Positions 23,695 through 37,206 are shown, counted from the stretch's first letter. The stretch: DNA of 64,000 bases from Octopus sinensis (GCF_006345805.1 NC_043006.1:11470001-11534000), one strand, 5' to 3'. Notes: generated from the letters alone by a model not told the origin. A program made the numbers and translations.

Positions 23695-26600
23695 AGACGG
23701 GGATGCAAATGCCTCAGAGACCTGCTCAGACGCTTTCAACTGTCTGACAGGTTCCGACTAGACCACCCGAATGCGCCAACGTGGACATGGAGCAACCGCA
23801 TCGGGTCGTCGAGATCGCATCTAGATAGGATACTGTGTAGGACAGTAGACAGAGATAGCATAGGATGTCCACAATTCCACATAGTCAGCTACACAGATCA
23901 CAAACTTGTGACATGTACGCTAGACTTAGGTAAGACACTTAGGCAGGGTCCCGGATACTGGAAACTAAACGCGTCTTTCCCATCGAGACAGGTTTTCAGA
24001 GACCGGATTAGCACACTAGTAGAGGGCTTTGACGGGAGCCATCATCAACAACAAATGGTGGTTTGCCCTCAAGAGAGCAGTAAAAGCAGAAGCGATTAGG
24101 TACAGCAAAGCACTAGCCATAGATAGAAATAGAGTTGAGGATGAGCTTGTTAAAGAAGCTAGAAGAGGCAATTAGAAGCGGCATCGCATCCGACGTTTTG
24201 GCGGCGAGGTTGGCCCTCGACCACAGTTCACGCCAAACACGAAGGATGTGCTGTCAGAGCTAGGATGCGTGCTCTAAGGAACGAAGGTGTTGGAGCCGCG
24301 AGAGAGGCCCGGGTGGCAGAGGCGCAACAGGGCAACAAAGCCACCATTCGGTCCCTGGTAGACGAACAGGGGCGCGAATTGCTCGAGCCAAGTAAAATGT
24401 GTGAGGCCTTTCAGCAGCATTTTGCCCGACTGTTCGGGACGAGTGGAGGGCAAGAACGTAGGGTGGACTTCAGTGCCTACCTACATAGCCTACCACGACT
24501 CTCGACAAGAAAGGCAGGGTGCTGCGAAGGTGCCATCACGGCGGCGAAAGTGCAGGAGGCGATGGCAGAATGCTCGAGGGACAAATCACCGGGTTTGATG
24601 GTCTACCCTACGAGCTTTACAATTGTATGCCAGACTTGTTTGGAGATCTCTTGGCGGCGGTGTACTGCAACTGGCAGCAAAACGGGAGCATTCCTGGTTT
24701 GTGAGCCGAGGAGCCGTAACACTGCTGAAGAAAGATCTAAACAAGGGAATGTAATAGATAACTTTAGGCCCATCACTCTGCTCAATGCAGACTTGAAAAT
24801 TTTGCCAAGGTGCTAGCCAAGAGGTTGGCGCTTGTCATCGAGAAACTGGTCGACAAGGCGCAAACATGCGCGGTGCCAGGCCGGACCATCCATGACAACC
24901 TCCACCTGATGCGCCACATCATAACGGGTAGTTAACGAACCTGGCATGGGTGGGGCGCTGATCAATTTGGATCAATCGAAAGCTTTCGATAGGGTAGACC
25001 ATCGATACTTGGAGGCGGTCCTCAGAGCGGCAGGCTTCGGTCCCGTCTTCCGCGGCTGGATAGCCGCTTTGTACAGAGGCATCCGTTCGGTAATTCCGCG
25101 TGAATGGACATCTATCGAGACCCTTCGACATCGCACGTTCGGTCCGTCAGGGATGCCCCCTCTCGTCGCTTCTATACGTATTGACTCTCGAGCCATTATT
25201 GCGGAAGCTGGCAACTTTGAGGGGCATCCCGCGAGAACTGGGATGCGGGACGAGCGTGTCTGCATACGCGGACGACGTCACCGTCATAGTGTCTAGCCAC
25301 GAGCACATCGAGCAGGTCGCGAGACACTGAAAAACTACGAAGCGGTGACAGGAGCGAGAATCAACCGGGAAAGTCAGTGGGCTTGCGACTAGGCACCTGG
25401 AGAAGCAAGCCCATGCCGTCCACCACGCGCCCTCCGTCGTGGGACGCTGGACCGACGGCCCGGTTGAGTTGCTCGGGGTCTGGTTTGGTCCGGACCTCCA
25501 ATGAGAAGAACTGGAACGAGATAACGAGTAGGGTGGTCACTCTCGCCCGGCAATGGGCCGAGAGGAAACTGTCCCTAAAAGGTCGGGCGGAGGTGGCGAA
25601 CACGTACATCGCATCCGTCATCTACTACCGCCTGACCGTCGTACCTTGTCCAGGCCCTACCATCACCAAACTACAACGCATTCTCTTTCGCTTCTTGTGG
25701 AAAGGATGCGTCCCGATGGTCAGGCGATCAATTTGCTGTCAACACCCGTTAAAAGGAAGGCTGGGCATGCCGTGGTTGATGATGCGCAGACACGCGCTGA
25801 GACTGCGACATCTCTGGCTCTATGTAGACGACGGTGAACAGGTGTGGTCGCCGTTTGTGAGGCACGCTTTCCCGCAGCTCGTCTCCATGACCGAACTGCA
25901 GTCGTGGATCAAAAAGAGGCCGAGGAAGGGCGATTGCACCGCGAGTGTCGCGTTGCTCTCTCAAGCAACTCTGCCGTCCCGGGTCGACCTTGAGTGACTT
26001 CAACACAACCAAAGCATTCTATAGGGGATTAGTGGAGGGGAGGTACGACGACGAGCTCGGGGCGAACCTGGACGTCGACGAGGAGTACCTGACCCGCCTG
26101 TTCAGGACGACTATCGGGCCAGGGCCCGTGGACAACTTCCAGAGATCCCTGGCCTGGCAGTGCTACCGAGAAGCGCTACCCGTTCGGGATAAGCTCTACA
26201 GACACGGCTCGAGAAACACGGGGCCGACCTGCCCGAGATGCGGTCAGAGCGACGAAACCGTTCTGCACGCAATCGTGCAGTGTCCAACAATCTCCGACCT
26301 GTGGGCTTATGTCGAACAACTGCTGTCACGTGTGGGACGAGTCGGTTTATCAGCCGAGTCTATCGTCAATATTGTCACGCCTCCTTCCTTCAAACGGGAA
26401 GGAAGAGCTATTTTCATCATCCTTGTGGCTATGGCAAAAGAATGTATCTGGTGGACGCGTCTGAAAGGATTGGAGACAAACACTTTCCTCTCTGGTCAAT
26501 CTCTCATCAACTTCTTCAAGTACCACTTGAAAAGGAAAGTGAGAGTAGAGAGGCAAGTTTTGTCTAGCGAATGTTTTAAAAAAAGATGGGTAATGTAGCA

Positions 26601-27096
26601 AGGATGGCACGTATGAATGACGAAGCCACCTTGAGCATAATCCTATGAACCCAAAATTGAAAACAGAGGGTTACCCACTTGCAAACAAATGTGGTAACAT
26701 ATAACAATATTGACCAAGGTTACCGTGGTCTTTTTTGTAGGCTTTTCTTCCCACGGATAACCTTACTTGCTTTCCCTTTAACCTATATCATAACACTGTG
26801 ATACACGATCCCTATTGATCGTTTTTTTTTCCTCTTCCCCCTTTTTCCCCTTTTTTCTTCTTTTTTCATTTCTCTTTCCTTTTGTTCCTTTTTTTTCTTT
26901 TTTTTCTTTTTATTCCTTTAATTTTTTATTCAAATTTTTTTTTTGTTTTTTCTTCCCTTTTACGATCCCTCTTGATCGAAAACCTACGCCACCCCTTTTT
27001 TTCTTTTGTTTTTTGTTCTCTTCATCCCCCAAAAGAAAAGCTCTACCTTGTAACTTGTCCCATCTGTGTGCAGCCCTGTGTGGCCAATAAAGAAAC

Positions 27097-27097
<1 letters not shown>
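23693..27097 (+). mobile_element. Tx1/L1-clade non-LTR retrotransposon, 5'-truncated within the APE endonuclease, inserted in (ATCT)n
   Basis: APE end (HLDRIL, YTDHKLV, GPGYWKLNAS); RT (LDQSKAFDRVDH, VRQGCPLS, AYADDV); CCHC motif CPRCGQSDETVLHAIVQC; U-rich 3'UTR; AATAAA at 27086 directly before (TATC)n. Confidence 0.92.
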
Positions 27098-27168
<71 letters not shown>

Positions 27169-27174
27169 ATATCA

Positions 27175-27215
<41 letters not shown>

Positions 27216-27230
27216 CATACCAACTTACCA

Positions 27231-27286
<56 letters not shown>

Positions 27287-27287
27287 G

Positions 27288-27329
<42 letters not shown>

Positions 27330-27950
27330 AATCAATCAATCTATCTATCTATCTATCTACACATACTTACATAAATGCATACATGCATACAAACATATCT
27401 GTGTGTATATATATATACACGTTCACACACATACGCATACATGAATGCTTACATACATGCCTACATACATACATACATACATACATACATACATACATAA
27501 ATACATACATAAATACATACACACATACATACATACATACATACATGCATACATACATACATGCCTACATACATACATACATTCATACATACATACATGC
27601 CTACATACATACATACATTCATACATACATGCCTACATGCCTACATACATACATACATACATACATACATGCCTACACACATACATACATACATACATAC
27701 ATACACACACACACATACACCATACATACATACATACATACATACATACATACATACATACATACATCATACATCCATGCATACCCACATACATACTACA
27801 TACATACATACATACATACACACATACACACACCACATACATACATTACATACATACATACCATCCATACATACACACCACATACATAAATACATACTAC
27901 ATACCATACATACATACATACATACATACATACATACACGCCACATACAT
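27098..27950. repeat. (TATC)n followed by (TACA)n compound microsatellite
   Basis: Direct inspection. Confidence 0.95.
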
Positions 27951-28263
27951 ACTACCGATATGTTTGCCATAAATTCAGATTTATTCTAATCATTTTGGAG
28001 AAATGAGCATTAAAACCAATCTACCTGCAGCGAATCCTAATTGAATCTGGATTCTCAGAGAAAGAAAGTCAGCACTACAACAACGGCAATAACATTTGCT
28101 AAACCTCATAAAACCTACAATTAAATGGTAGAATCCAGGAATTCTTCGAAAAGACCTTCCAACGATCTAGATATATTAATTGATTTTCTTCTCTTTCCAC
28201 GTGCACGCTTTGTCCTAATGTCTTTCCTTTAGATGTATCTTGTTAATATGAGTAGATTTCAAT

Positions 28264-29055
28264 GCGGTGAGCTGGCAGAAACGTTAGCACGCTGGGGCGA
28301 AATGCGCAGCCGTGTTTCGTCTGCCGTTACGTTCTGTGTTCAAATTCCGCCGAGGTCGACTTTGCCTTTCATCCTTTCGTGGTCGATAAATTAAGTACCA
28401 GTTACGCACTGGGGTCGATGTAATCGACTTAATCCGTTTGTCTATCCCTGTTTGTCCTCTCTGTGTTTAGCCCCTGGTGGGTAGTAAAGAAATAGGCATT
28501 TCGCCTGCCGTTACGTTTTGAGTTCAAATTCCACCGAGGTCGACTTTGCCTTTCATATTTTCGGGGTCGATAAATTAAGTACCAGTTACGCACTGGGGTC
28601 GATGTAATCGACTTAATCCGTGTGTCTGTCCTTGTTTGTCCCATCTCTGTTTAGCCCCTTGTGGGTAGTAAAGAAATAGAAATAAGTATTTTGTCTGTCG
28701 TTACGTTCTGAGTACAAAATCCGCCGAGGTCGACTTTGCCTTTCATCCTTTCGTGGTCGATAAATTAAGTACCAGTTACGCACTGGGGTCGATGTAATCG
28801 ACTTAATCCATGTGTCTGTCCTTGTTTGTCCCCTCTGTGTTTAGCCCCTCGTGGGTAGTAAAAAAACAGAAATAGGTATTTCGTCTGCCGTTACGTTCTG
28901 AGTTCAAATTTCGCCGAGGTCGACTTTGCCTTTCATCCTTTCGGGGTCGATAAATTAAGTACCAGTTACGCACTGGGGTCGATGTAATCGACTTAATACC
29001 TATTTCTGTCCTTGTTTGTCCCCTCTATGATTAGCCCCTTGTGGGTAATAAAGAA
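28264..29055 (+). mobile_element. SINE family A tetramer (one head plus 4 tandem units)
   Basis: Units start near 28314, 28498, 28688 and 28878 (period 184-190 bp). Confidence 0.9.
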
Positions 29056-29089
29056 ATATGTATCTTGTTAATACTAGTAGTATATTTCA

Positions 29090-29305
29090 AGGTGGTGAGC
29101 TGGCAGAATCTTTAGCATGCCGGGCAAAATGCTTAGCGGCATTTCAACCATCTTCACGTTCTGAGTTCAATTTCCGCCAAGGTTGACTTCGCCTTATAAC
29201 CTTTCGGGGTCGATAAAATAAGTACCAGTTAATGATTAGGTTTTATGTAATCGACTTACCCCTCCCGGAAATTGCTCGCCCTGTGCCAAAATATGAAGTC
29301 AATAT
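29090..29305 (+). mobile_element. Diverged SINE family A monomer with 3' tail
   Basis: Head GGTGGTGAGCTGGCAGAATC, B-box GAGTTCAATTTCC, tail CCTGTGCCAAAAT. Confidence 0.75.
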
Positions 29306-29421
29306 TAGTATATTTCTGTGTGTATATACGTATTATTTGTTAGATTATATATATATATATATATATACACACACATATATATAGTGTGTGTGTGGGTGAA
29401 TATATATACGCATATATATAA

Positions 29422-29459
<38 letters not shown>

Positions 29460-29460
<1 letters not shown>

Positions 29461-29842
29461 ATTTAGGGTATCTAAGAGATACCGCCACCCTGGAAATAGC
29501 AGCCCAAACCTGACTAAAACCACATTAAGTGTTCATACAGCACTAGGATAGAAGACAAAAAGCCTATATATGCATGTATACGTTCGTATATGTAAGTCTT
29601 CGTATTTTATATGTATATATATGTGTATTTATGTTACTATTTGTGTATATTCTACTGATGAGGCAAAGCATTTTTTATGCAAAGCCAGAAATCCGGGATC
29701 TGGAATTATACAGTAATTTTTTGCTAGTTTATTTTGTCTTTTTGTCTTCTCTCCTGGTACTGTATGAACTCTTAATGTGGTTTTAGAATCAGGTTTTGGT
29801 TGCTATTTCCAGCGTGGTGGTATCTCTCAGATACCCTAAATT
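29460..29842. mobile_element. Fold-back element (~105-bp arms) with a hammerhead motif in the spacer
   Basis: Arms 29460-29563 and 29737-29842 are imperfect reverse complements; hammerhead at 29649-29706. Confidence 0.75.
29649..29706 (+). ncRNA. Type I hammerhead ribozyme motif
   Basis: ATTCTA/TGGAAT stem I, CTGATGA, GGC/GCC stem II, one extra A, GAAA, stem III closing a CGG loop, AUC cleavage site at 29700. Confidence 0.65.
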
Positions 29843-29930
29843 GTTATTTTAGTAATAATCATTACCTTTGAAGGTTTTTATTCCCATGCTGGCCACTTGA
29901 TAAGATCGATATTTAAATTAACGATCTTAT

Positions 29931-29977
<47 letters not shown>

Positions 29978-29985
29978 GTAATATA

Positions 29986-30794
29986 ATAAGAGTAAATAAT
30001 ATCTTTAATGGTTTAAAAAAAAAAATTATTTACGGGTAGATTTCGGCATGTAAATATAACCATTAACAGTAGGAACTTTATAAAGGTTCAATATATATTT
30101 TTGTATATAAATAAAAGAGGCAGGCAACCGGTTGCTTAGTCACATACTGAAAAAAATTAGAAATAGCAGTCAAAGACTGTTTATTTCTATTTTCTACAAA
30201 TGAGACTCCACATACGACATATCCCTGTAATTCACATATGCAAAACAGAAGGAAGAAATAACGAAAACAAAGTCTAATGGTTATTTACGAACGCGTTTCT
30301 AGATTAGGAATATAAACTCCATGTCTTCCATCAGCGTAAACCTGTGGCTAAACAACCTGTTGCCTGCCTCTTTTATTTATATACAAAAATATATATTGAA
30401 CTTTAATAAAAGTCCCTACCGTTAATGGATATATTTACAGGCCGAAATCTACCCGTAAATAATTGTTGTTTTTTTTAAAAACCATTAAAGATATTTACTC
30501 TTATTTTATTACTAATTGAAATTTTCACTCCCTTATGACAACCCATAGTTCTATCTCTAATGAACTATTTTTGTAATACGCATGGTAAAATTTTGGAGGG
30601 AAAATTGCGTATTCAATCGTCTATATAAGTTTGGCCTATGCTTGCTTTCTTCCACTATTTTGATGTCACCTGGTAAGGACGTGGAGGTACGTAGCATTTG
30701 AGAAATCTATTCAATTGGAGCGTTACGCTGATGTAAGATATGGAGTTTATATTCTTAATCTAGAAACGCGTTCGTAAATAACCATTAGACTTTG
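29986..30794. mobile_element. Fold-back element (~150-bp arms) plus an inverted duplicate of its spacer, probably Penelope-derived
   Basis: Arms 29986-30139 and 30348-30505; 30723-30794 is the reverse complement of 30268-30339 and carries a decayed CTGATG...GAAACGCGT motif. Confidence 0.65.
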
Positions 30795-30904
30795 CTGTCT
30801 AAGGTGCCACGGAGTGACAGTGAACCCGGAGCCAAGTAGTTGAGAAGCAAGCTTCTTACCACACAAGTACGCTTGCACCTGATAGAAATACAGAAAGTAT
30901 TGGA

Positions 30905-31170
30905 CAAAAGGAACAGGGACCAGGCAGAGAAGAATGGGAATTGCTGGTCATCGCGTCAGGCACCCAGAAGAACCTGTGTGTCAACTGGTCTAATAAGGGT
31001 CAGTTGAAGGGAGAATCAACAGGGTAAGAAAACGTCTAGCCTATGTGGACAACATGCTTCAGGACAGAGGAATAACAAATGTTGAAGAATTAAGAACATG
31101 CATGGGAAACCGTGAAAATTGGTGTTTTCGCGTGAAATCATTGAAGCATCCGGGAGGAGGTCCAAACTAA
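30905..31170 (+). mobile_element. 3' fragment of an RTE-clade LINE
   Basis: RQRRMGIAGHRVRHPEEPVCQLV...KRLAYVDNMLQDRGITNVEELRTCMGNRENW, read across a frameshift and stops. Confidence 0.7.
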
Positions 31171-31831
31171 CAGCTTGTCACTCCCGGTTGCTGGATGGGT
31201 GTTGACACCGCTCACTGGCTAATTGCGACACCAGCGCCTCTTCTAGCATTGTTTTTCTATATATCGCTGGCGAGGTGGTGGAGGTGGTGTTAGTTTGAAG
31301 ACGAGTCGTTGCTTTCTCTAGCGGTCCAGCGTCCATCGTTGACAAGACCAAGGAAGGTCGAAATCATGTGATCTGGTGCTCTCGGCCCTGGAGGTGACAG
31401 GGATTTATTTTCATATTAGCGATATAAGTAAAAATGCATTTTGCACCAAAACCCTTTGAGAGGTTTTGTTTTTCGATCTGCATGGTGCCCAGCGAAAACT
31501 ACCCACCTTACCAGGCAGACTTCGTAGGGTCGTCCGCTTTAATCGTCGACGGCACGATCATGCGCAACTGGGTTACATGTTACCGGGAGAACTAAGAATG
31601 GCCTGACATGCAAGCATACATATCGTTTATCTTTTACTTGTTTCAGTCATTTGACTGCTGCCATGCTGGAGCACCGCCTTGAAGAGTTTTAAGTCGAACT
31701 AATCGACCTCAAGACTTATTTTTCTTTAAGCCAAACCGCTAATTTACGAGGACGTAAATACATCAACACCGGTTGTGAAACATAGGGGGGAAACAGACAC
31801 AAAGACACACACACACACACACACACACACA

Positions 31832-32723
31832 TTAGGTTGTCCGGAAAGTCATGAGCGTTTTTTAATATGCAAAAAGGGATATAAATAATTGGCTATTCAA
31901 TAAATTTTATTCAGTGGAATAATTTCCATTGTCTATCTGCCAGGCAGTTTAAACATTCCATTAGCGTTTTTGTCATGGACCATTCGTCTTTGGTTGTTGT
32001 TTTAGGGGATCCTTACGCAAACTCTAGGATCTTTTCTGCACTACGTTTTCGTTCACAATCTATTTTCCATTTCCAGTCATAAGATGTTTCAAAAAAGGCA
32101 TGCTTCCATTCCGTTTCAAAAGCATATCGCAAATGGAATACCGGTACAAGCAATTCTTTTCTGAGAGTTTGTGAGGAACCTATACACTATAGCGAGAAAT
32201 GTATCCTAGCTTCACTAGGTGTCCATGAGCCGTACTTTTAGAAACTTCCAACTCCTCTGCAAGTTCTCTAGTCATGATATTTGAGTTTCCTTCGATATTT
32301 TGCCATTAAAACATCTTCACCTAATTTTGAAGGTCTTCCACTGCGACTAGCATCTCCCAAGCTAAATTCTCCTGCCTTAAATTTTGCAAACGATCTTCCA
32401 ACATTGATTTACCTACAGTATCATCACCATAAACTTCACAAATGTTTTTGCAAATCTTCGTAGCATTTTCTCCTTTTTGTGTTTTTTTTAAAAAAGAAAA
32501 GCATTATGACGCGAATATGAAATTTTTGGTTATCCATTTCAAATGTCAATAAAGGGTAACCGGAACGTAAGATAAATCTATTTTTAGTGAAGAACAACAA
32601 CGAAGAGATGCACTACCACTTCAAGCAACGCCAAATTTTTAACTGTTACGTTTCAGGTTTGATCATTAAAAGCGTAAAAAAGATTTAGCTTAAAAAATGC
32701 TCAGAACTTTCTGGACAACCTAA
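31832..32723 (-). mobile_element. Deleted mariner-family element
   Basis: TIRs TTAGGTTGTCCGGAAAGT / ACTTTCTGGACAACCTAA; transposase start MDNQKFHIRVIMLFFFKK from 32537; TA on the right flank. Confidence 0.8.
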
Positions 32724-33658
32724 TATATAAATAAATACACACACAGGCGCGCGCACTCATTGATCTACAACCACATAATCACATAAATATTGATTTGCAT
32801 ACAACTATAAATCCGTATAAGGAAATGTAAAGAAAATGTATACCCATGTAATTAAAGGCGAACAGTTGTAGTAATGTCGTCCAATATATTCACCAACGAT
32901 CGAAAAAATAAAAAAGGAAATGAAAACATAGTCAAAATCTTACAGGTTATCATATATATTTATGTGTGTGTGTTGTGTGTATATATATATATATATATAT
33001 GTATGTATACATATATGTATATATGAATGTGCAACAATTTTGTTATTTCATTAAACGATAGTTATTTACAAAAAAAAATCCGTTAAAAGAAAATTATATT
33101 TAACCCTAATAAAATACTTTATCAAGAACCAAATAGCTTGTACTTTTCTCGCTAAGGGAAACAGTTCAACAGGACAGAAATAGTGAGCAAATTCAAGAAA
33201 GTGAGAACGAAATTTTATTTAATACAACTTAGGAACTTCTCTCGTCAGCTGCCAATCGGAAACCAACGTGGTTTCGATGCCTTAAGCTATTTTGTAGGGA
33301 ACCACTTGAACCCTATCATCATTTGCTTCACCCTTGCAAAATAATTATCACTCACTCAACTCAAAATTTTGACCACAAGTCACCCATTATGACACGATAC
33401 ATAAATACATACAAAGTTACACACATACACACTCGAAGCATGAACACAGGGATCTTACATATGTGTATATTTCACACACATTTGCACAGATATTTATAAT
33501 GTATATGTAAACAGAGACATAAATGCATAAATGTTTTGGCTGATAATCTTGTGAACGCATATGATATATATATATATATATATAATATATATATATATAT
33601 CTATATATATATATATAATATATTATATATATATATGATGTATATATATGTATGTATA

Positions 33659-33722
<64 letters not shown>

Positions 33723-33821
33723 TTAAAATGGGGTGAAAAATTGGATATTAATTTGATTGACAACAATTTAAAACCAGTGGTCTAGCATATTAAAATCTGA
33801 AGGTTCAGTAAATTGTATTAC

Positions 33822-34078
33822 ATATATATGAGAGGGATGACCACTATGTGGACAACCCTTATGCTAGAAGTAAATCTGTTATGGTCTTTCCACTAAGAAA
33901 TGTTCTCAAGAAAATTTAGCAAACACCAGAACATAAGCGAGGAAGACAAATGAAAAGAAAGAAATATATAGATTAATCATAAACATGTTTCACTATCAAC
34001 AGATTACGTAATTTTACTTAGCGGATCTACTTCTAGCATAAGGTTGTCCACATAGTGGTCATCCCTCTCATATATATA
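33822..34078. repeat. Fold-back repeat (~55-bp arms) adjoining (TA)n
   Basis: ATATATGAGAGGGATGACCACTATGTGGACAACC.TTATGCTAGAAGTA is inverted at 34024-34078. Confidence 0.8.
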
Positions 34079-34107
34079 TATATATATTATATATATATAT
34101 ATATATA

Positions 34108-35395
34108 TTGGATCATCTCATAGATAATGCGTTTTTTATACTTCTTTTATTTTTCAAAATTAAGATAACAAATTTCCTTTTTAATTTAAAATATACTCTC
34201 CTTCATTTTCTACAATGCACTTCCATCTATCTGGTAGACTACTACGTCCCCTTTTCCAAAATTTACTTGTCCGTGACGACAAATACTCCTCTAGTACTGT
34301 TCTAACATCATCTATAGAATTCATATTTTTTTCCATCCAAATGGTTTTGAAGACTGCGGAATAAACGATAATCAGATGGGGTAATGTCTGGCGAATTTGG
34401 TGGATGGGGTATCATTTCCCATTCAAACTGCTTCAGCCTTTGGAATGTCATTCTCGCTGTATGTGGCCGAGCATTATCCTGATGGAAGAACACCTTTCGT
34501 CTTGAAACCAAAGATGGTCGTTTTTCTTTTAATGTTGACTTAAGCCGCTCAAGCTGCTCACAGTAAATTTCATTTGTTATCGTTTGGTTTGGAGTTAAAA
34601 GTTCAAAGTGGACGAAACCTTTCATATCCCACCAATCAGATAACCACAACATACGTGGGTGAAGACCTTCTTTAGTCTGGGGTGCCAGTGTTTCTCCTTT
34701 CCCTACCCACTTTCTTAGGTGCTTCACATTTTTATAGAGAATCCATTTCTCGTCACCAGTCACTATTCGGTCCCCCAAAAGGTTTAATTTGTGTGATGTG
34801 ACAGCAAAGAAGAGCACACATTCACTTTCTGCGTGCGATTAGACTCGAAAAGTTTGTGAGGAACCCATTGACCAAATTTAATGACTTTTCCGATGGCATG
34901 CAGGTGTCGATGAATGGTTGAATGAGCAAATCCAAGCTTCTCTGCTAGTTCCTTGTCAGTTACAATGGGATTTTGTTCCACCAGAGATTGCAGGACGTCC
35001 CTATCGAGCTCTACATATTTCCCAGGACGAGGCTCGTTTTCTAGATTATAGTTTCAGGCTCGAAATTTCTGGAACTACCGTTGACACTGGCTTACGCTTA
35101 TTGTCTGATCCCCATATACTACAGTAATGCTCCTCGCATTTTCCGTTGCGTTGTTGCCTTTGCGGAACTCATAAAACAAAATATGCTAAATATGCTCCTT
35201 TGTCGTTTCCATTATAGCTTTGAAAAAATAACTGTTAAAGTTGAACTGCACTCTTCAAAAATTGCACCAAGAATAAGGGCAAGGTAAAATTAGTATCTGT
35301 TATTATAGCAAGTTGATGCAGGTAGGTTATCCTGTCCCCACTCCGACTTTTAGTTCCTGCAATGAAATAACCGCATTACTGATGGGATAACCCAG
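34108..35395 (-). mobile_element. Full-length but decayed mariner transposon (~1.29 kb)
   Basis: GDEKW, HQDNARPH, HPPNSPDITPSDY (D,D34D); degenerate TIRs; TA on both flanks. Confidence 0.92.
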
Positions 35396-35564
35396 TAATA
35401 TATATGTATATGTATATATAACACACACACACATACATATATATCTATATATATATATATATCTATTATATATATATATCTATATATATATATATATATA
35501 TACATATGTTGTGTGTGTGTGTGTGTGTTATATATATATATATATATATATAGTATATGTACAT

Positions 35565-35603
<39 letters not shown>

Positions 35604-36323
35604 TAGATATATATATATATATATACTATATATATATATATATAATAATAATATAATGTACAATATATATATATATATATATAATATATAATATTATATA
35701 TATATATATATGTTTATTATGTGTATCTGTATCTCTCTCTCTCCTTCTACACACATACACACACACGCACACAGATATACACAAATATTATTGATTTAAA
35801 ATTTTTGCACATGGCCGGCAAATTTCGGAGGATGAAAGGCAGAGTCGACCTCGGCGGATTTTGAATCCACAAAAAATATTGGCACGTCAATTAATTGACT
35901 CTACTCCAACTTATGTGAATGGTTATAAGTACTCGTTTTGTATATCCAGTTACTTCTTGTATTTTTTGTACGTGCTCTGATGTTATCAGGGCCCTGTGCA
36001 TGCGTTTTCCATTTTGCTACTTTATGCTAAATCTCCGTTAGCGGCTTCCAGCTCCTTTGGAATTTTGACAACGAAAGATAGGGCAACTTTCAGGAAGCGA
36101 TTTATCTCCGTATCAGTATGCTGCTTAAAGACGGACGAAATGCTGCTAAGTATTCTGTCCAGCATGCAAACGGCTTTGCCAGCTCGTTGCTTTGTTTATT
36201 GAAAAAAAAAAAAAATTAATTAAATGTTTATGAAATAACTTTGTTAACATTAATCTGGTGTTTGGAATATAAATTAACAGGAAACTTTGATTGAAAGTTT
36301 TTTTTTAAATCTTATGACTTTAA

Positions 36324-36534
36324 CTCTTTCGTTACTGTATTTATTTTGAGATGCACTGTATTTCTTTCAATTACTTTAAATATAACAAAGAATTTAGTAA
36401 AATAGCTTAGTTACCATTCAGCTAGTATTAGGAACATAAATTGTGACTAAGGAAGATTTTAATTCAAAACTTATGAAAACAAGACATTTGTACTACAGAG
36501 CCAGAGGCAGTTTCAGCCGGGTTGGTAACGAAAG
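36324..36534. mobile_element. Possible MITE with short TIRs (CTTTCGTTAC/GTAACGAAAG), TTAA at the left end
   Basis: 10-bp inverted ends only. Confidence 0.35.
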
Positions 36535-36784
36535 AAGAAAACAAGTGTTTTTTTCATTTCAATGAGCCTTTTATTTCAACTTAATATTTTAAAAATATTA
36601 TAAATGTTAAAAAACAAAAAAAGAACAAAACTAAGCAAAAATCAGAAATAAATCAGAAATAGTAACCTTATCCCTGGGTAACGAAATTTGGGTTAAATTT
36701 ACTGAATATATGTGTGTACACTCACACACACACACACATATATGCTTCAAATGAAAGTCACTCTGCAAATGAATTTGAACTATA

Positions 36785-37206
36785 CAGGCGCAGGAGTGGC
36801 TGTGTGGTAAGTAGCTTGTTTACCAACCACATGGTTCCGGGTTCAGTCCCACTGCGTGGCACCTTGGGCAAGTGTCTTCTAATATAGCTCCAGCCTTACC
36901 AAAGCCTTGTGAGTGGATTTGGTAGACGGAAACTGAAAGAAGCCCGTCGTATATATGTATGTATATATATATATATATATATATGCGTGTGTGTGTTTGT
37001 GTGTCTGTGTTTGTCCCCCTAGCATTGCTTGACAACCGATGCTGGTGTGTTTATGTCCCCGTTACTTAGCGGTTCGGCAAAAGAGACCGATAGAATAACT
37101 ACTGGGCTTACAAAAGAATAAGTCCCGGGGTCGAGTTGCTTGATTAAGGGCGGTGCCCCAGCATGGCCGCAGTCAAATGACTGAAACAAGTAAAAGAGTA
37201 AAAGAG
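36785..37206 (+). mobile_element. SINE family B, full length
   Basis: Head to GTAAAAGAG tail with an internal (AT/GT) microsatellite. Confidence 0.88.

Noticed and set aside
28025-28115. Minus-strand exon candidate ending GCAG|GTAGAT
   Set aside because: Frames give stops or no meaningful product, and no compatible neighbouring exon was found.
28264-29055. CRISPR-like or tRNA-gene array
   Set aside because: Units are ~185 bp with no unique spacers, in eukaryotic context; the tRNA similarity is limited to A/B boxes of a SINE head.
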